Of a stretch of DNA of 64,000 bases, positions 38,805 through 49,905 are shown piece after piece. The translations under genes were made by a program, and so were the position numbers. Position 1 is the stretch's first letter; each line of letters starts with the position of its first letter. The notes under the pieces are model-generated. The model searched no databases. It was not told the origin of the DNA and saw nothing but the letters and a program-made list of their open reading frames with translations. Source of the DNA: Planctomycetota bacterium (GTDB lineage: Bacteria > Planctomycetota > UBA8108 > SXIK01). The stretch is from contig OZ244999.1 of assembly GCA_965223265.1 (NCBI GenBank), forward strand, positions 7,392,001-7,456,000, read 5' to 3'.

Positions 38805-39941
38805 CTAGCGCTGGTAAATCGGCAGATATCGATACTCGACGGCGAGAGCAAGAATCGCCAGCGACGTTGTATACGCGTATCCAGCTTCGCGTTCGTGAAC
38901 CCCTGGCGGCAACCTCCAACTACCATCTGGTAGCTGCTTTTCCAGCAGCAACGGTTGAACACGCCGCTGCCAGTCCTTCCAGAACGAGCCGCCGAGTTGA
39001 TACATCGCCTGCTGTGTATAGTACGCACTGTAATAGAAAAAGGGGGTCTTAAACTGCAGCGGATTCTTCAGTAGCCAGTCGCCTGCTCGGAGGGAGGCTT
39101 CACTGCGAAACTCGCCGCAGAGTTCGAGGGCAAGGATCCCGGTGCCGCTCATCGCTGGGTTCGGCTTCTTTCCCTGCAGTGGATCGTACACAAATCCGCC
39201 TGACGGGATCGCACAGCGCTGCACATAGGCGATAGCGTTTTGAATGCTCGACGCCGGCACCTCGACACCCGCGTCCTGTGCGGCTCTGAGCGCAAGGATT
39301 TGCCATCCGGTCACCGATAGATCAGCCTGGTCTGTCGTCGGTGTATAGCGCCAGCCGCCGGTGTAGGCAGGATCCTTCGGCAGACTCTGAGCCTTGAGAA
39401 TGACTTCGACCGCGTCGGTGTGGACACGCCTGAGCAGCTCGAAGCCTGGGCGGTCTTCGGGGATCAGACCGACCACTTCGCCAAGCACGAGTGTGGCGAT
39501 GCCGTGTTCGTACATCGGCCCGTGAGACGTGTCTTGCTCGCGGATCAACATGCCCTGATGTCGACTTTGAAGGAGGAATCGGATCGAACCGGCGATCGTC
39601 TCGCCATAGGGTCCGCGCAGCGGTTCGTGACCGGCAGCAAGAAACGCCAAGGTCGCAAGGCCGACGATCCCGGTGTTCTTTCCTTCTTCGCCGTAGTTAG
39701 AAAGCCAACTGCCGTCGGGTAGTTGAGCGCCTCTGAGATAGGCGAGGCCGCGGTCGATCGCCGCGGAAGTCGGTGACGGTTGATAGACCTCCTTCGGGTC
39801 GATCACTTCGGCGGATTCGCCCTCCGAAGCTCGCGGATCTTGGCAGTATAGGTCCGGCGCCAGTCGAGATGCCAACGTCACGCTCGTGATCAGTAGAACG
39901 GACCACCTGACGGCGGGGCGGCTCTTCGCTGGCTCGTGCAT
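38805..39941 (-). CDS. Prenyltransferase/squalene-cyclase repeat protein
   Basis: QW-type repeats QLPDGSW (x2), MYEHGIATL, GGWRY..DLSVTGW. Confidence 0.85.
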   Translation of the reverse strand: MHEPAKSRPAVRWSVLLITSVTLASRLAPDLYCQDPRASEGESAEVIDPKEVYQPSPTSAAIDRGLAYLRGAQLPDGSWLSNYGEEGKNTGIVGLATLAFLAAGHEPLRGPYGETIAGSIRFLLQSRHQGMLIREQDTSHGPMYEHGIATLVLGEVVGLIPEDRPGFELLRRVHTDAVEVILKAQSLPKDPAYTGGWRYTPTTDQADLSVTGWQILALRAAQDAGVEVPASSIQNAIAYVQRCAIPSGGFVYDPLQGKKPNPAMSGTGILALELCGEFRSEASLRAGDWLLKNPLQFKTPFFYYSAYYTQQAMYQLGGSFWKDWQRRVQPLLLEKQLPDGSWRLPPGVHEREAGYAYTTSLAILALAVEYRYLPIYQR

Positions 39942-39980
39942 GATTCTCTTGGTCTCAACGTGGCGAGTCCATGAACGCGA

Positions 39981-42900
39981 TCATGGACGGAGTTTAGCGA
40001 CCGCCTCCAAGTAAGCTCGAACCAACTCACGGAACCGCGTCGGGTAAGCCAGATCAGCGTACACCCCGCGAGCGCGAAACCGAACGGTCTGATCGCTTGC
40101 TTCACCGCGGGTCTGAGCTGCCCAGAGACGATCGTCAACGGCGGCGTCAAATGTGGTTGGATCGAATAGCTGGACTTGAGCCTGGGCTCGGACCGCTTGT
40201 GCTGCCTCTGCAAGTGAGCGCACGGCGCGCTCCTGCGCCGCTCTCGCCTCGCTCGTACGACCCGACTGCAGCGATCTCGCCGCAGCCGCCATCGCCGCGC
40301 GGGATTCCTCCAGCGCCTGACGCCCGTTCCCTGGCCGCCCGCCCTCTTCGGCACGAGACAGTGCGGCGAGCGCGCCGCTTTCTATGGCCTCGAGCGTTTT
40401 CATCAGAGCCTCGAGAGCGGTATCGACCGCCTGAAACTGCTCATCGAGTTCGTCCACCGCCAGTCGCCCGCTGGACGCCGCAGCGGTGTGTAGGGTCGAC
40501 TCCGCGTCAACCTGGGTTTTCCGAAGCCGCCGCGTCGCGCCGTGGGCCTGCAGGTAGGGTGCCGCCACCTGCGGCAGCGCGGCAGCAAGACGAAAACCGT
40601 GGCGCGTCAGCCGTAAAGCTATCTCGTCGCCTTGCGACTTGAGGAGCCTCTGCAGCTCCGCGCCACGCCGTAGTTCGCTCAACGCAGTCGCGCTCAATTT
40701 CTCCGCCCCCCAGTCATGACTCGCGAGCTCCCGATGCAGGCCCGTCTGAGCGCCGCGAAGCTCTGCCACGTCGCTTTGGATTTCCGTCAGGCGAACGACA
40801 AGTTCAGAGAGCTCCTCAAGCGATGGCATCTGCGATTCCAGCCGCTCGAGAATTTCCTCCTGCTGCTTCCTGAGTGCGTCGAGCGACTCCGCGGAGGCGT
40901 CACCTTGCGCTTCCAGGTCGGCAAGCAGGTCGCTGATGCGACGCTCCAACTCTTGGATCTCTTGCAGGCGCGCAATGCGTGCCGCGAGCTCTTCCGCCAA
41001 CTTGTCGCGCTCGTCCACGGTGTCTTGATCTGCCGCGTCCTCGTCGCCGTCCGGCAGCGCGCTGTCATCCTGGCCTTCACCCGCGGGAGACGACGCCTCG
41101 CCAAGACTCGCAAGCGCGGCGTCAAGCTGGCGACGTCCGGCCTCAAACGCGCCCACCGCAGCTTGGCGATCGCCCGCCTCTCCAGCAGCGACCGCGTGCA
41201 AGAAGTGCCCCTTCGCGGCCTCGAGCGATTCGACGACGGCAGCGAGGAAAGTTCGCTGCACACTCCTGGCTCGAAGCTCAGGAATCGCCGAACTCAATCG
41301 TTCAGCTAAGCGTTTCGCCGCCGAGACGATCTCTTCCAAGGGCCATTCGGCGGCCGCGGCGTCGTGTCGCTCGCCAGACGCTTCCGCGTTCGCCGCGGCG
41401 ACATCAGCAACGCTCAGCGTCGCCGCAATAGCGTCCATGCGCTGACTCGCTTGCCGCGCGAACGCCGCAGCTTGTGCATAGAGGTCAGGGACGGACGCCG
41501 AAGCAGCCGCGATCGCCACCTCGAGTCGCCGCGATGCCGTGAGCAACTCGGAGTGTCGTAGACGCTCAAGCTGGGCTGAAGCCCTGGCGAGGAGTCGACG
41601 CTTTGTGGTCCCGGCGACAGTACTCGGTGAACCGATCTCGCTCTCGCCGTGGATGCGACGAGCGACAGCACCAACGTCGGCGCGGATCAGTTCGTGCTCG
41701 TAGAACAAACGCGACGCCGTTTCGCCGCCGCCCGGCGCTGCCGCGCGTGCATGAACTTCGATCTCCTCAGCATGCTTCGTCTCACGCGCAGCCAGTCTCC
41801 GGAGTCGGCTGGCTGCACTCATGCGCTGCGAGAGTAGCCATTCACGGGCTCGCAACGCGTCCGCAAGCCCGTGTCGACGCAGATGGCTCAAGCGGGCCGC
41901 GGCACGATCCATCGCCGACGCAGCGCGGCTGGCTGCAGCAACCGTACGCCTCTTTTCGGATTCGTCGCGATGCTGCGAACTCAGTGCGGCAGCAGCTTCA
42001 GTCGCCTCGTCCATCGATGTCCGCGCGACGTCGAGAGCGTCCTGGCTCTGCTGGCGAGCTGTGACAGCTACTTCGTCGTCGAGAGAAGCGATGACCCCCT
42101 TGGCCAAGAGACGTTCTGCGGCCGCCAGCGCCCGGCGCAGCTCATTCTGTGTCCGCGCCTGAAGCCGGAGCTCATGCTCCTTCCAAAGCGACGTCTCCCC
42201 AAGGCGCACCGCCAAGCGCTCCTCGTCCGCAACGATCTCATCGAGAAGACCAATGATGAGACCAAGCTGTCGCGACGGTGCGGTGTCGACGTACGCCTTG
42301 AGAAGAGTTGAGGCGCGTTCGGCCACGCGGTTCGTTTCGGCCGCATGGCGATGCGATTCCTGCTGCAGTTGCGCCAAGATCTCTGCAATCGCGGTCAACT
42401 CCGCAACCGTCTCGACGTCGCCTCGACGAAGGTCCTGTCGAAGCTCGATTTCAGCCTGCACCTCGACTAGCGCCGAGGCAATCGCCGCCGCGGTCACACC
42501 GCCCGACGTCTCACCCGGGGAACCGGCCGTTTCGGCGGAACCACCTCGACTCAGAGACGCGACCAGCGCGTCCAAGCGTCGTCGTACCCAATCCTCGGAC
42601 TCGCGTCGATCGTGAACGTCCGCAACGCGCGCTCGTGCTCGCACCTCAAGCTTGCTGAGATCGTCAAGGGCCCAACCAACCGCGCCCTCGATCTGGCGTA
42701 AGTGACTGACGTTGGCCGTGTCAGCGTCGGTCTCGGGCTCGCCGCTCGCCGGTGCCGCGTCTGGCAACACGATGTCTCGCACACGACGAAAGAGGGCCCC
42801 AGTCGATCCGGCCAGGGTTCCACCGACGGCGGAGAGGCGCTCAAGACCTTCGCCCCAGCGAGCGACCTCCTCCGCCATGTGTTGCAGACGCGCGGTCGTT

Positions 42901-45101
42901 GTGGCTGAGGCGTGGTGAGCGCCGCGCGGACGTCCCTGTCGATCGGCTTCCAGCTTCGCCACGTGGTCACGATAGAACTGGTGGAGTCGGCGTGAACGTT
43001 CCATGGCGTCTTCTATCTCTTCTGCGAGTTGCAACGCCGTCACGTCCGCCCAGTCCTGCTCGATCGCCACTCCGACGGCACGGTATTGCTCCATGACGCT
43101 AGCCGGTATCGCGACGGCGCCGGCTGAGGCGTCGGTGCGAACGTTCGTCTGCTGTTGGAGAGCCGCCAGGCGTGCGCCGAGGGAACGCGTCAGTGGTCGC
43201 ACCCGGTGCATGAGGCTATCGCTTAGAAGAGCCAAGAAACGTCGTGAAGGAGTGGCGACCGGGATCGATCGAGCAAGATCCTCCAGCTGCGCTCCGCTTC
43301 GCATGCAGCGCGCCGCGATATCGTCGACGCGAGAAATCAAACGCCCGAGGACCTCAGCGGTGACGTCGGTGCTCTGGGCACCCACCCTCGAGGCAAGACC
43401 AAGCTCTGGCAAGCGCGTCCACTCGGACACCGTGTCGCGTAGCGACAACTCGAGATCGCGAAGAGACGCTAGCCAGTCGTCACCTTCTGGCGCAGAGCCG
43501 GCAAGCGAAACCAGTAGTCGGCACGCGGAAACCGTGGCAGTTTGCCCCAGCAAGTCCTCAATCTGTAGATCAAGCACAACGATGTCGCCGGGCTCGAGCT
43601 CTTGCGCCGCCAGGTCGAGTTGATGCGGCACTTCGATCAGGCGCGCCGGAGGGCGTGCCTCTTCGTTGCGCGCCGCGGCGTTCGCCGCGCTGTCGGAATA
43701 GACTTCGACAACGCGCGCCGCGCGAGACCTGTTGGCGAGACGAATGTGAGCTCGAACCGACGCGATTCCGACGTCGTCTTGGGCTCGGACCTCCAGCTGT
43801 AGTCGGCTCGTCGGCTCGACTTCGAGCTCTGCCTGCCGCGGCCAAAGGAGAGCGACCGTTGGTGGGTCATCAGTCAATGTCTCCACCGGATAGCGCTGCC
43901 CCCAAGAATTGGTGACGCCATCTGCCCCTTCGAGTAGCAAATCGTACGAGTCGAGGTCACGGTCGAGGGTGAACGCATCGAAGCGCACCGTCCCGGCGTG
44001 GATTCGCCCTGAGAGTGTAGCGGCGGCCGCGTCAGCTTCATCGCCCGCTCGATGCAGGCGCAAGACCGCTACGCGCAGCAATGCGTCCGATTCGACTTCG
44101 AGTGTAACCCGCGTCGCCGCCAAAGCACGTAGTCCACCGTCAGCACTCTCCTTCACCACCGGCTCCGCACGTCCTGTGTACGCTGGTAGTTGATAGATAA
44201 AACGGAACTGACTCGGTGCGGGCGGAGGGCGTGCCGCGAGGGTGTACCACTGACTGACGAAATCCCCGGCCCGCACTCGGTAGTGAACGTCCCCACTCAA
44301 GGCGGGAAGCTCCCAACGCGCCCACGTCCCTCCATCCGCCCGAACAAGATCCGCAGTCATCTCTGCCACTTCAGTGCGGTCGCCGTACCTCAAGGTGAGC
44401 AGTGCTTGCTGGGCCCGACCGCGATTCAGCCCAGCCCGAATCACCGGCGTCGAACCGATCGCAAAGCTTCGGCTACCAGGAAACACGACGAGGTGGACAC
44501 TGGAAGGTCGAGGTAGATCGCTCGTCGGTTGGAGAAAACGTGCCGCTAACGCGCCGAACGTTGAGGGTGCGAGGCCGGCCCAGGCAACCACCACGACAGC
44601 GACGGCGGCAGCCACCGCGACCGAGCGATACGATCGTTTCCATGGGAGTCGCGACGCTGGGTCGAGGCGCTCAACTCTCTCGACGACGAACCGCTCCAAA
44701 TTCGAAAGGAGCACAGACGAGTAACGCTGTCTTTCCTCTGCCGACGACGCCCCAAGGCCGAACGTTGTACGGACGGCCTCGGTGAGCTCAGGCGTCAACT
44801 CGTCCAGACGCTGCGCGACGTGACGCCAGCGGAGACGATGGAGCGTGAAGCCGACAGCGAAAGCTAAAGAGACGACGAACACGGCCACGGTTGACAAAGT
44901 CAAGGCCATGCGCGCGACCACCGGGAGAAGCAGGTAACGATCAAGGAGCAGGGCGCCGACAAAGAAGAGCAGCGAGACGCTCAGGCACAAACCGAACGCG
45001 AACGAGGCACGCTGCCAAATCAATCGCCACCGAAATTGCTTCAAGAGCTGCTCGGCCTCGTGGTCGAGCTTCCAAACAGCTTCGCTACGGCTCTCAGGCA
45101 T
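39981..45101 (-). CDS. Very large membrane-anchored coiled-coil protein (DUF4175-like)
   Basis: Three N-terminal TM helices, Ig-like YRVRAGD, P.YTG, DDPPTV, AQDDVGI, long helical C-terminus, terminal YP.RFRELVRAY. Confidence 0.75.
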   Translation of the reverse strand: MPESRSEAVWKLDHEAEQLLKQFRWRLIWQRASFAFGLCLSVSLLFFVGALLLDRYLLLPVVARMALTLSTVAVFVVSLAFAVGFTLHRLRWRHVAQRLDELTPELTEAVRTTFGLGASSAEERQRYSSVLLSNLERFVVERVERLDPASRLPWKRSYRSVAVAAAVAVVVVAWAGLAPSTFGALAARFLQPTSDLPRPSSVHLVVFPGSRSFAIGSTPVIRAGLNRGRAQQALLTLRYGDRTEVAEMTADLVRADGGTWARWELPALSGDVHYRVRAGDFVSQWYTLAARPPPAPSQFRFIYQLPAYTGRAEPVVKESADGGLRALAATRVTLEVESDALLRVAVLRLHRAGDEADAAAATLSGRIHAGTVRFDAFTLDRDLDSYDLLLEGADGVTNSWGQRYPVETLTDDPPTVALLWPRQAELEVEPTSRLQLEVRAQDDVGIASVRAHIRLANRSRAARVVEVYSDSAANAAARNEEARPPARLIEVPHQLDLAAQELEPGDIVVLDLQIEDLLGQTATVSACRLLVSLAGSAPEGDDWLASLRDLELSLRDTVSEWTRLPELGLASRVGAQSTDVTAEVLGRLISRVDDIAARCMRSGAQLEDLARSIPVATPSRRFLALLSDSLMHRVRPLTRSLGARLAALQQQTNVRTDASAGAVAIPASVMEQYRAVGVAIEQDWADVTALQLAEEIEDAMERSRRLHQFYRDHVAKLEADRQGRPRGAHHASATTTARLQHMAEEVARWGEGLERLSAVGGTLAGSTGALFRRVRDIVLPDAAPASGEPETDADTANVSHLRQIEGAVGWALDDLSKLEVRARARVADVHDRRESEDWVRRRLDALVASLSRGGSAETAGSPGETSGGVTAAAIASALVEVQAEIELRQDLRRGDVETVAELTAIAEILAQLQQESHRHAAETNRVAERASTLLKAYVDTAPSRQLGLIIGLLDEIVADEERLAVRLGETSLWKEHELRLQARTQNELRRALAAAERLLAKGVIASLDDEVAVTARQQSQDALDVARTSMDEATEAAAALSSQHRDESEKRRTVAAASRAASAMDRAAARLSHLRRHGLADALRAREWLLSQRMSAASRLRRLAARETKHAEEIEVHARAAAPGGGETASRLFYEHELIRADVGAVARRIHGESEIGSPSTVAGTTKRRLLARASAQLERLRHSELLTASRRLEVAIAAASASVPDLYAQAAAFARQASQRMDAIAATLSVADVAAANAEASGERHDAAAAEWPLEEIVSAAKRLAERLSSAIPELRARSVQRTFLAAVVESLEAAKGHFLHAVAAGEAGDRQAAVGAFEAGRRQLDAALASLGEASSPAGEGQDDSALPDGDEDAADQDTVDERDKLAEELAARIARLQEIQELERRISDLLADLEAQGDASAESLDALRKQQEEILERLESQMPSLEELSELVVRLTEIQSDVAELRGAQTGLHRELASHDWGAEKLSATALSELRRGAELQRLLKSQGDEIALRLTRHGFRLAAALPQVAAPYLQAHGATRRLRKTQVDAESTLHTAAASSGRLAVDELDEQFQAVDTALEALMKTLEAIESGALAALSRAEEGGRPGNGRQALEESRAAMAAAARSLQSGRTSEARAAQERAVRSLAEAAQAVRAQAQVQLFDPTTFDAAVDDRLWAAQTRGEASDQTVRFRARGVYADLAYPTRFRELVRAYLEAVAKLRP

Positions 45102-45447
45102 CACAGTCCTCGACACGTCCCGCTGCGGGATCCCGTCGCGCCTTCGCCGGCGCCTCACCTCGCGTAACCGCGTTCACTCCGCGGCCAAAGTGAGCCCTTG
45201 TCATTCGCGTCGAACTGCGAGCGAAGCGCGAGACAGAGAACATCGAGGCTTGCGGCATGGGGGCAGATACGTTTTGTGTGTTCCGCAACGGTCGGCGACG
45301 GGTGCCGCCGCGCTCGGCGCATCCCACATTATCGCCGCCTCGCGCTCAAAGATCGCAGCGAAAACGCCCGGAACGCGACTCCGGACAGCGAATCTCGGAC
45401 CACACCAACTGCTCGTCCCGGACAGGCACACGGACCGATCGGTCCAC

Positions 45448-46866
45448 TCACTCGGCTCGACTCCACTGCACAAGGTAGAACGCGTCGGTTTGCGTTCGCA
45501 GCGGATCCAGACACAGGGCAGAGTCGCGAAAACAAGCGGCTGGGAGGCGCTTCGTAGCCCAAGTCGAGGTGTACGGCATGAGATCCGGGTGCGCCGATGC
45601 AAACGCCTGCGACACAGCCTCGTTTTCGTCATGAAGAAACGAACACGTCGCGTACGCTAGACGCCCCCCCGGTTTGACCAGGGGAAGGAAGCGCTCCAGA
45701 ATGGAGCGCTGTAGGAGCGCGAAACGGGCAACATCTTTCGCCTGGTATCGAAGCTTTAGGTCGGGGTTGCGGCGAAGGGTCCCGAACCCACTGCACGGGG
45801 CGTCGACCAAGACCAGGTCCGCCGCGGGCACGTCCTCCGGCAGCGGTCCCTGCGGATCGATGCAGCGCATCTCGATCATGTCGCGGACTCCAGCTTCCGA
45901 AGCTCGCCGTTCGAGCTCTTCGAGCTTCCGCGACAAGACGTCACACGCAATGAGCCGCGTCCGGCTCCAAACGCCGAGCGGATCGTCGGAGCTCCTGTCA
46001 CCAAACAACGTGTCCGCGAGTGCGAGCGTCTTGCCACCCGCACCAGCGCACGCCTCGACGATGGTCATACCCAGCTCTGCATCCAGCGCGCAAGCGACGA
46101 TTTGACTGCCTTCGTCTGCGACCTCTACCCAAGCCTCACGGCTGGCTCGTGTACCCGTGAGGTTTCGCCGCGTCGCCAAGCGCAGGCCCGCAGGGCTCCA
46201 AGGAGTCAACTGCACTTCAATGCCCAGCTCTGACTCAAGATGCTCTCGTACCGTCTCCCGCTTGACGACGCGGCGGTTGACCCGCAAGTCGACCGTTGCC
46301 GACTGTGCCAGACGCGCCGCAAGCTCCCGTGCCTGCCCCGCACCGATCCATCGAATCAGCCGTTCAGCCAGCCAAGGCGGCAGAGACATCTCTGCTGCCT
46401 GCCGCTCGGCGGACTCGCTCGGCCAGTCATGATCGGTGAACGGACATTCACTCCACCGCGGCGCAGCGATCAGAGCCCGAGCCGCACGCTCGTCTGCGGC
46501 GCACGGCCAGACGACGCCACGCGCCGCTGACAGGGTGTCGCTCCATTCCCACGGGAAGAGGCCGTCAGCCGCGAGAGCAAGTACCTCGCACAGGGCTTTG
46601 ACTCGCGGTGACGGGCTTGCACTCTGCGGGCCAGTGTCGAGCTCCAATTCACCGCGCTGGCTCACTGCCGCGACGCGGGCGGACGCACGGGGAAAATGCC
46701 GCAGCCACGCGTAAGCCGCGTCGCCGAGAAAGCGCCGCTCGCGACTACCGAGAAAGCGCCGCGCCCGGTAGAAACGCCCGAGTCGCGCGTCCGCAGGATA
46801 GTTGCCCGGCGCCATCAATGTCTCGATGAGCTCCAACGCGATACCGAGGAGCGATTCCTGCTTCAT
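45448..46866 (-). CDS. RsmB/NOP family RNA m5C methyltransferase
   Basis: DEGSQ, CAGAGGKTL, VLVDAPCSG.GTLRRNPD, YATCS..ENE. Confidence 0.92.
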   Translation of the reverse strand: MKQESLLGIALELIETLMAPGNYPADARLGRFYRARRFLGSRERRFLGDAAYAWLRHFPRASARVAAVSQRGELELDTGPQSASPSPRVKALCEVLALAADGLFPWEWSDTLSAARGVVWPCAADERAARALIAAPRWSECPFTDHDWPSESAERQAAEMSLPPWLAERLIRWIGAGQARELAARLAQSATVDLRVNRRVVKRETVREHLESELGIEVQLTPWSPAGLRLATRRNLTGTRASREAWVEVADEGSQIVACALDAELGMTIVEACAGAGGKTLALADTLFGDRSSDDPLGVWSRTRLIACDVLSRKLEELERRASEAGVRDMIEMRCIDPQGPLPEDVPAADLVLVDAPCSGFGTLRRNPDLKLRYQAKDVARFALLQRSILERFLPLVKPGGRLAYATCSFLHDENEAVSQAFASAHPDLMPYTSTWATKRLPAACFRDSALCLDPLRTQTDAFYLVQWSRAE

Positions 46867-47179
46867 TCGGGTGATTCCTGCGATCAAAGAAACTGCCGCC
46901 CCGTGTACCACCGCTGGGTCAAGGGTCCCGGATTATCTGCACTCTCCTGCTTTTGGGCAAGTTGTTGTCAAACCCAAAGACAAAGTTGCGCGGCTCTTCC
47001 AGATCTGGGCACTCTTTTGGCACGAAATCGGCAGGAGGGGTCGCCCGCGGCACGGGATGTTACACTTTTCGGGCCAAGAAAACGCCCCGAGGTCCCAGGT
47101 GGGTCAACTCAGACGCCCACGCGTGCCTCCTCGAGCGAGGCGGTACGGATTGCTAGGAAATCCGGTCGGGAAAGAGAGA

Positions 47180-48073
47180 GTGGACGAGTTTACAGGGTCG
47201 AAAACGGCAGTCTTCAAAAAGGGACTTGTCGACAACTTCACGCTCGACAAGAAAATCCCCACGCTCCTCGTCTTGAGAGGCGCGGAGACGGGACTGCGTA
47301 TCGCCGTCAAACAGTCGCGCGTCACCCTCGGGCGCACGATCGATGCAGATATCGTCCTGAACGACCGCTTGATCTCGCGGCAGCACGCTGAGCTCACGAT
47401 CGACGCTGAGTCCGGGGTCTACCGCCTCGTCGATCTCGGCAGCACGAACGGAACATTCGTCAATGATCGTGTCATCGACTGTTGTGACCTTACCGACGGC
47501 GACAAGATCTTTGTCGGATCAACCATTCTGAAGTTCGTACTCGAAGACGAAGTCGATAGCGCGTCCGGCGAACTGTTCGACAAACTGATGTTCGAAGACG
47601 ACCTCACTGGTCTCGTAGTTCGCCGGCGCTTCGACAACGATCTACGCGTGCATCTGCAGTCGGCTCGTGCTCTTGGCAAGAGCATATCTCTTCTGATGAT
47701 GGATATGGACGGACTCAAGGCGATCAACGACACGCACGGACACCAAGTCGGAGCATTCGTCATCGCTGAGACTGGGAAGAAGATCGGTTCCATCTGCAAC
47801 GAGCTGGGGCAGGCTTGTCGCTATGGTGGCGACGAATTCATCGCCTACCTTCTCGAAGTCACCAAGGACGAAGCGGCTGGCGTCGCGGAACGTGTTTGTG
47901 AGGCCGTGCGCGCTCACTCGCTCCAATTCAACGATCTTGAACTCTACGTTTCCATCTCGATTGGCGTGGCAACGTTTCCCGAAGATGCTACAACGGTAGA
48001 AACGTTGACCAAGGCGGCAGACGCGGCCCTCTACCGCGCTAAAGGTGCTGGCCGCGACAGGGTCTCCACTTGA
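47180..48073 (+). CDS. FHA-domain diguanylate cyclase
   Basis: FHA LGR..ISRQHA..DLGSTNGT; DDLTGL, RYGGDEF intact, ADAALYRAK; GTG start at 47180. Confidence 0.93.
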   Translation: MDEFTGSKTAVFKKGLVDNFTLDKKIPTLLVLRGAETGLRIAVKQSRVTLGRTIDADIVLNDRLISRQHAELTIDAESGVYRLVDLGSTNGTFVNDRVIDCCDLTDGDKIFVGSTILKFVLEDEVDSASGELFDKLMFEDDLTGLVVRRRFDNDLRVHLQSARALGKSISLLMMDMDGLKAINDTHGHQVGAFVIAETGKKIGSICNELGQACRYGGDEFIAYLLEVTKDEAAGVAERVCEAVRAHSLQFNDLELYVSISIGVATFPEDATTVETLTKAADAALYRAKGAGRDRVST

Positions 48074-48138
48074 TGATCCGTGCTCCATTGAACGCTTCAC
48101 ATGGTAGCGCCAGCCTAGCATGAAAATTGTGACATCGG

Positions 48139-49167
48139 ATGGCCAAGTTCGAGCGATGTGAACGCTTCGTCAGTTGCGACTGGGGTACGTCTCATCTGCG
48201 GACAAGGCTTGTCGAACGCGAGCCTCTGCGCATCGCCGCTGAGGTGAGCTCCACCGACGGCGCCGCTGCTTTGCAGGAGCGCGCGCTCGCCGACGTCGAG
48301 GCTGAAGGCGGCGAGCTACATCAGCAGCGCGCGAGAATCTACGCCAAGACGTTAGCTCAACAAGTCAGGAATCTCGCCGAGGATTATGGTAACGAAATCA
48401 CTCGGCTGCCAGTGGTCGTCTCAGGCATGGCAACGTCGACCATCGGCTGGCACGACGTGCCCTACGCCACCACCCCGTTTCGCCTTGACGGGTGCGGCCT
48501 CGAAACCCTCGAGCTGACAGCGAGCAGCGAAGTCTCGAACCCGGTGCTACTGGTTTCTGGAGTGGCGTCCAGCCGTGACGTGCTGCGCGGAGAGGAGACA
48601 GAGGCTCTCGGCATCCTGGCAGATGAGGTTTACCAGGATCTGCAACAAGACGCGACTCTGATTCTGCCGGGAACGCACGCCAAACATCTGCGCCTTGTTG
48701 ATAGAGCCTGCATCGGTTTTCGCACTTACATGACTGGAGAGTTGTTCAGCCTCCTCGCGGAGCACTCGGTGCTCAGGCACACGATCAATGCTGCAGCCCT
48801 GGTGAGTGCATGGCAGCAATCGTCGCAGCTGGTGGAGGCGTTTCAGCTCGGCGTGCAGCGAGGCGCGGCCGAGCCACTAACGCATATCCTCTTCTCGGTG
48901 CGTGCCGAGTGTGTCCTCGGCGAGCGTGATCTCGACGGCAGCGCCGCGTATCTCAGCGGACTGATCATCGGTCATGAAGTCGCGGACCTCGCAAGACGTG
49001 GGGTCGAGCCTCTTGTTTTCGCACCGCCGCCTCGTTTACGAGACTCCTATGCACTCGCCTGCGCGGCGCTGGCGCTCGAAAACCGGGCCCGATTCGTCAG
49101 CGAGGAGGTCATGCGACTCGCGGCGGCACGCGGTCAGCTTCTCATTCTCGATGCGGCCACCGCGTAG
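48139..49167 (+). CDS. dgoK: 2-dehydro-3-deoxygalactonokinase
   Basis: CDWGTSHLR, SGM..STIGW, DVLRGEETE, LPGTHAKH, FRTYMTGELF, YLSGLIIGHE. Confidence 0.92.
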   Translation: MAKFERCERFVSCDWGTSHLRTRLVEREPLRIAAEVSSTDGAAALQERALADVEAEGGELHQQRARIYAKTLAQQVRNLAEDYGNEITRLPVVVSGMATSTIGWHDVPYATTPFRLDGCGLETLELTASSEVSNPVLLVSGVASSRDVLRGEETEALGILADEVYQDLQQDATLILPGTHAKHLRLVDRACIGFRTYMTGELFSLLAEHSVLRHTINAAALVSAWQQSSQLVEAFQLGVQRGAAEPLTHILFSVRAECVLGERDLDGSAAYLSGLIIGHEVADLARRGVEPLVFAPPPRLRDSYALACAALALENRARFVSEEVMRLAAARGQLLILDAATA

Positions 49168-49194
49168 AGCCGTCTGCCAACCCAGCGAAAATGG

Positions 49195-49905
49195 TCATCG
49201 CGTCGCCTCAGACATCGAGCGCACCACCAGGCATCGACGCTCGAGATCGAAGGCATAGATCGCAGTCGCGGCGTTCGGAGCAGTGTCAGTGTCGGTGACT
49301 CGCAAGACGGGCAATCCGTCACGCAGCTCAACGTGGAGAACGTTGTCCGCAAGCTCAATGACAAACGGAGTGGTGGCGTGGAGTGCGGAGCTCGGGTCAT
49401 CCGCGATCAGGCGCAATCGAAATTCGCCGCGCATAGAAACCGCTTCGACGACGAGCGCAGCTGCAGCGTGACGAGCAGCGTCGTCGTCGACTCGCCCGGT
49501 CGGCGTGACAGGCCCAGACACGTTGAAGACCGCGGCGTTCGGCACCATTTCGACAAAACGGCCGTCCGCAGCGAAGACGAAAAGGTGCGGCAGCGGCGTG
49601 ACGCGATGAATCTCTTTGGCTCGGACGACATGGTACTCAGCGCCATCGGGACCCGCCACGACACCGTAGGGTAAACCGAACGCCTCGACTCGATCGTCGT
49701 AGGTGAAGTCTCTGGCGAAGTGGCGACGCAGATTGACGCACAGAAGAGCATAGAGAGCTTCAGCTCGCTTCCCGTCTGGACCGGCCAGCTCTTCGACGTG
49801 TCGCGTGCGGGTCCGCTGTCGATACATCTGGGCACCAGCGGCCGCAGCAAAAGCTCCACCGATGATCAAAACAACGATCAATGGTCCGACGAGGCGACGA
49901 GTCAC
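49195..49905 (-). CDS. Hypothetical protein with N-terminal TM/signal helix
   Basis: Hydrophobic N-terminus; no recognised domain. Confidence 0.55.
   Translation of the reverse strand: MTRRLVGPLIVVLIIGGAFAAAAGAQMYRQRTRTRHVEELAGPDGKRAEALYALLCVNLRRHFARDFTYDDRVEAFGLPYGVVAGPDGAEYHVVRAKEIHRVTPLPHLFVFAADGRFVEMVPNAAVFNVSGPVTPTGRVDDDAARHAAAALVVEAVSMRGEFRLRLIADDPSSALHATTPFVIELADNVLHVELRDGLPVLRVTDTDTAPNAATAIYAFDLERRCLVVRSMSEATR

Noticed and set aside
47006-47033. Sigma54 promoter upstream of the FHA-GGDEF gene (TGGCACGAAATCGGCA)
   Set aside because: GG-N10-GC spacing is met but the -12 element lacks TTGC and no enhancer palindrome was seen; too weak to call.
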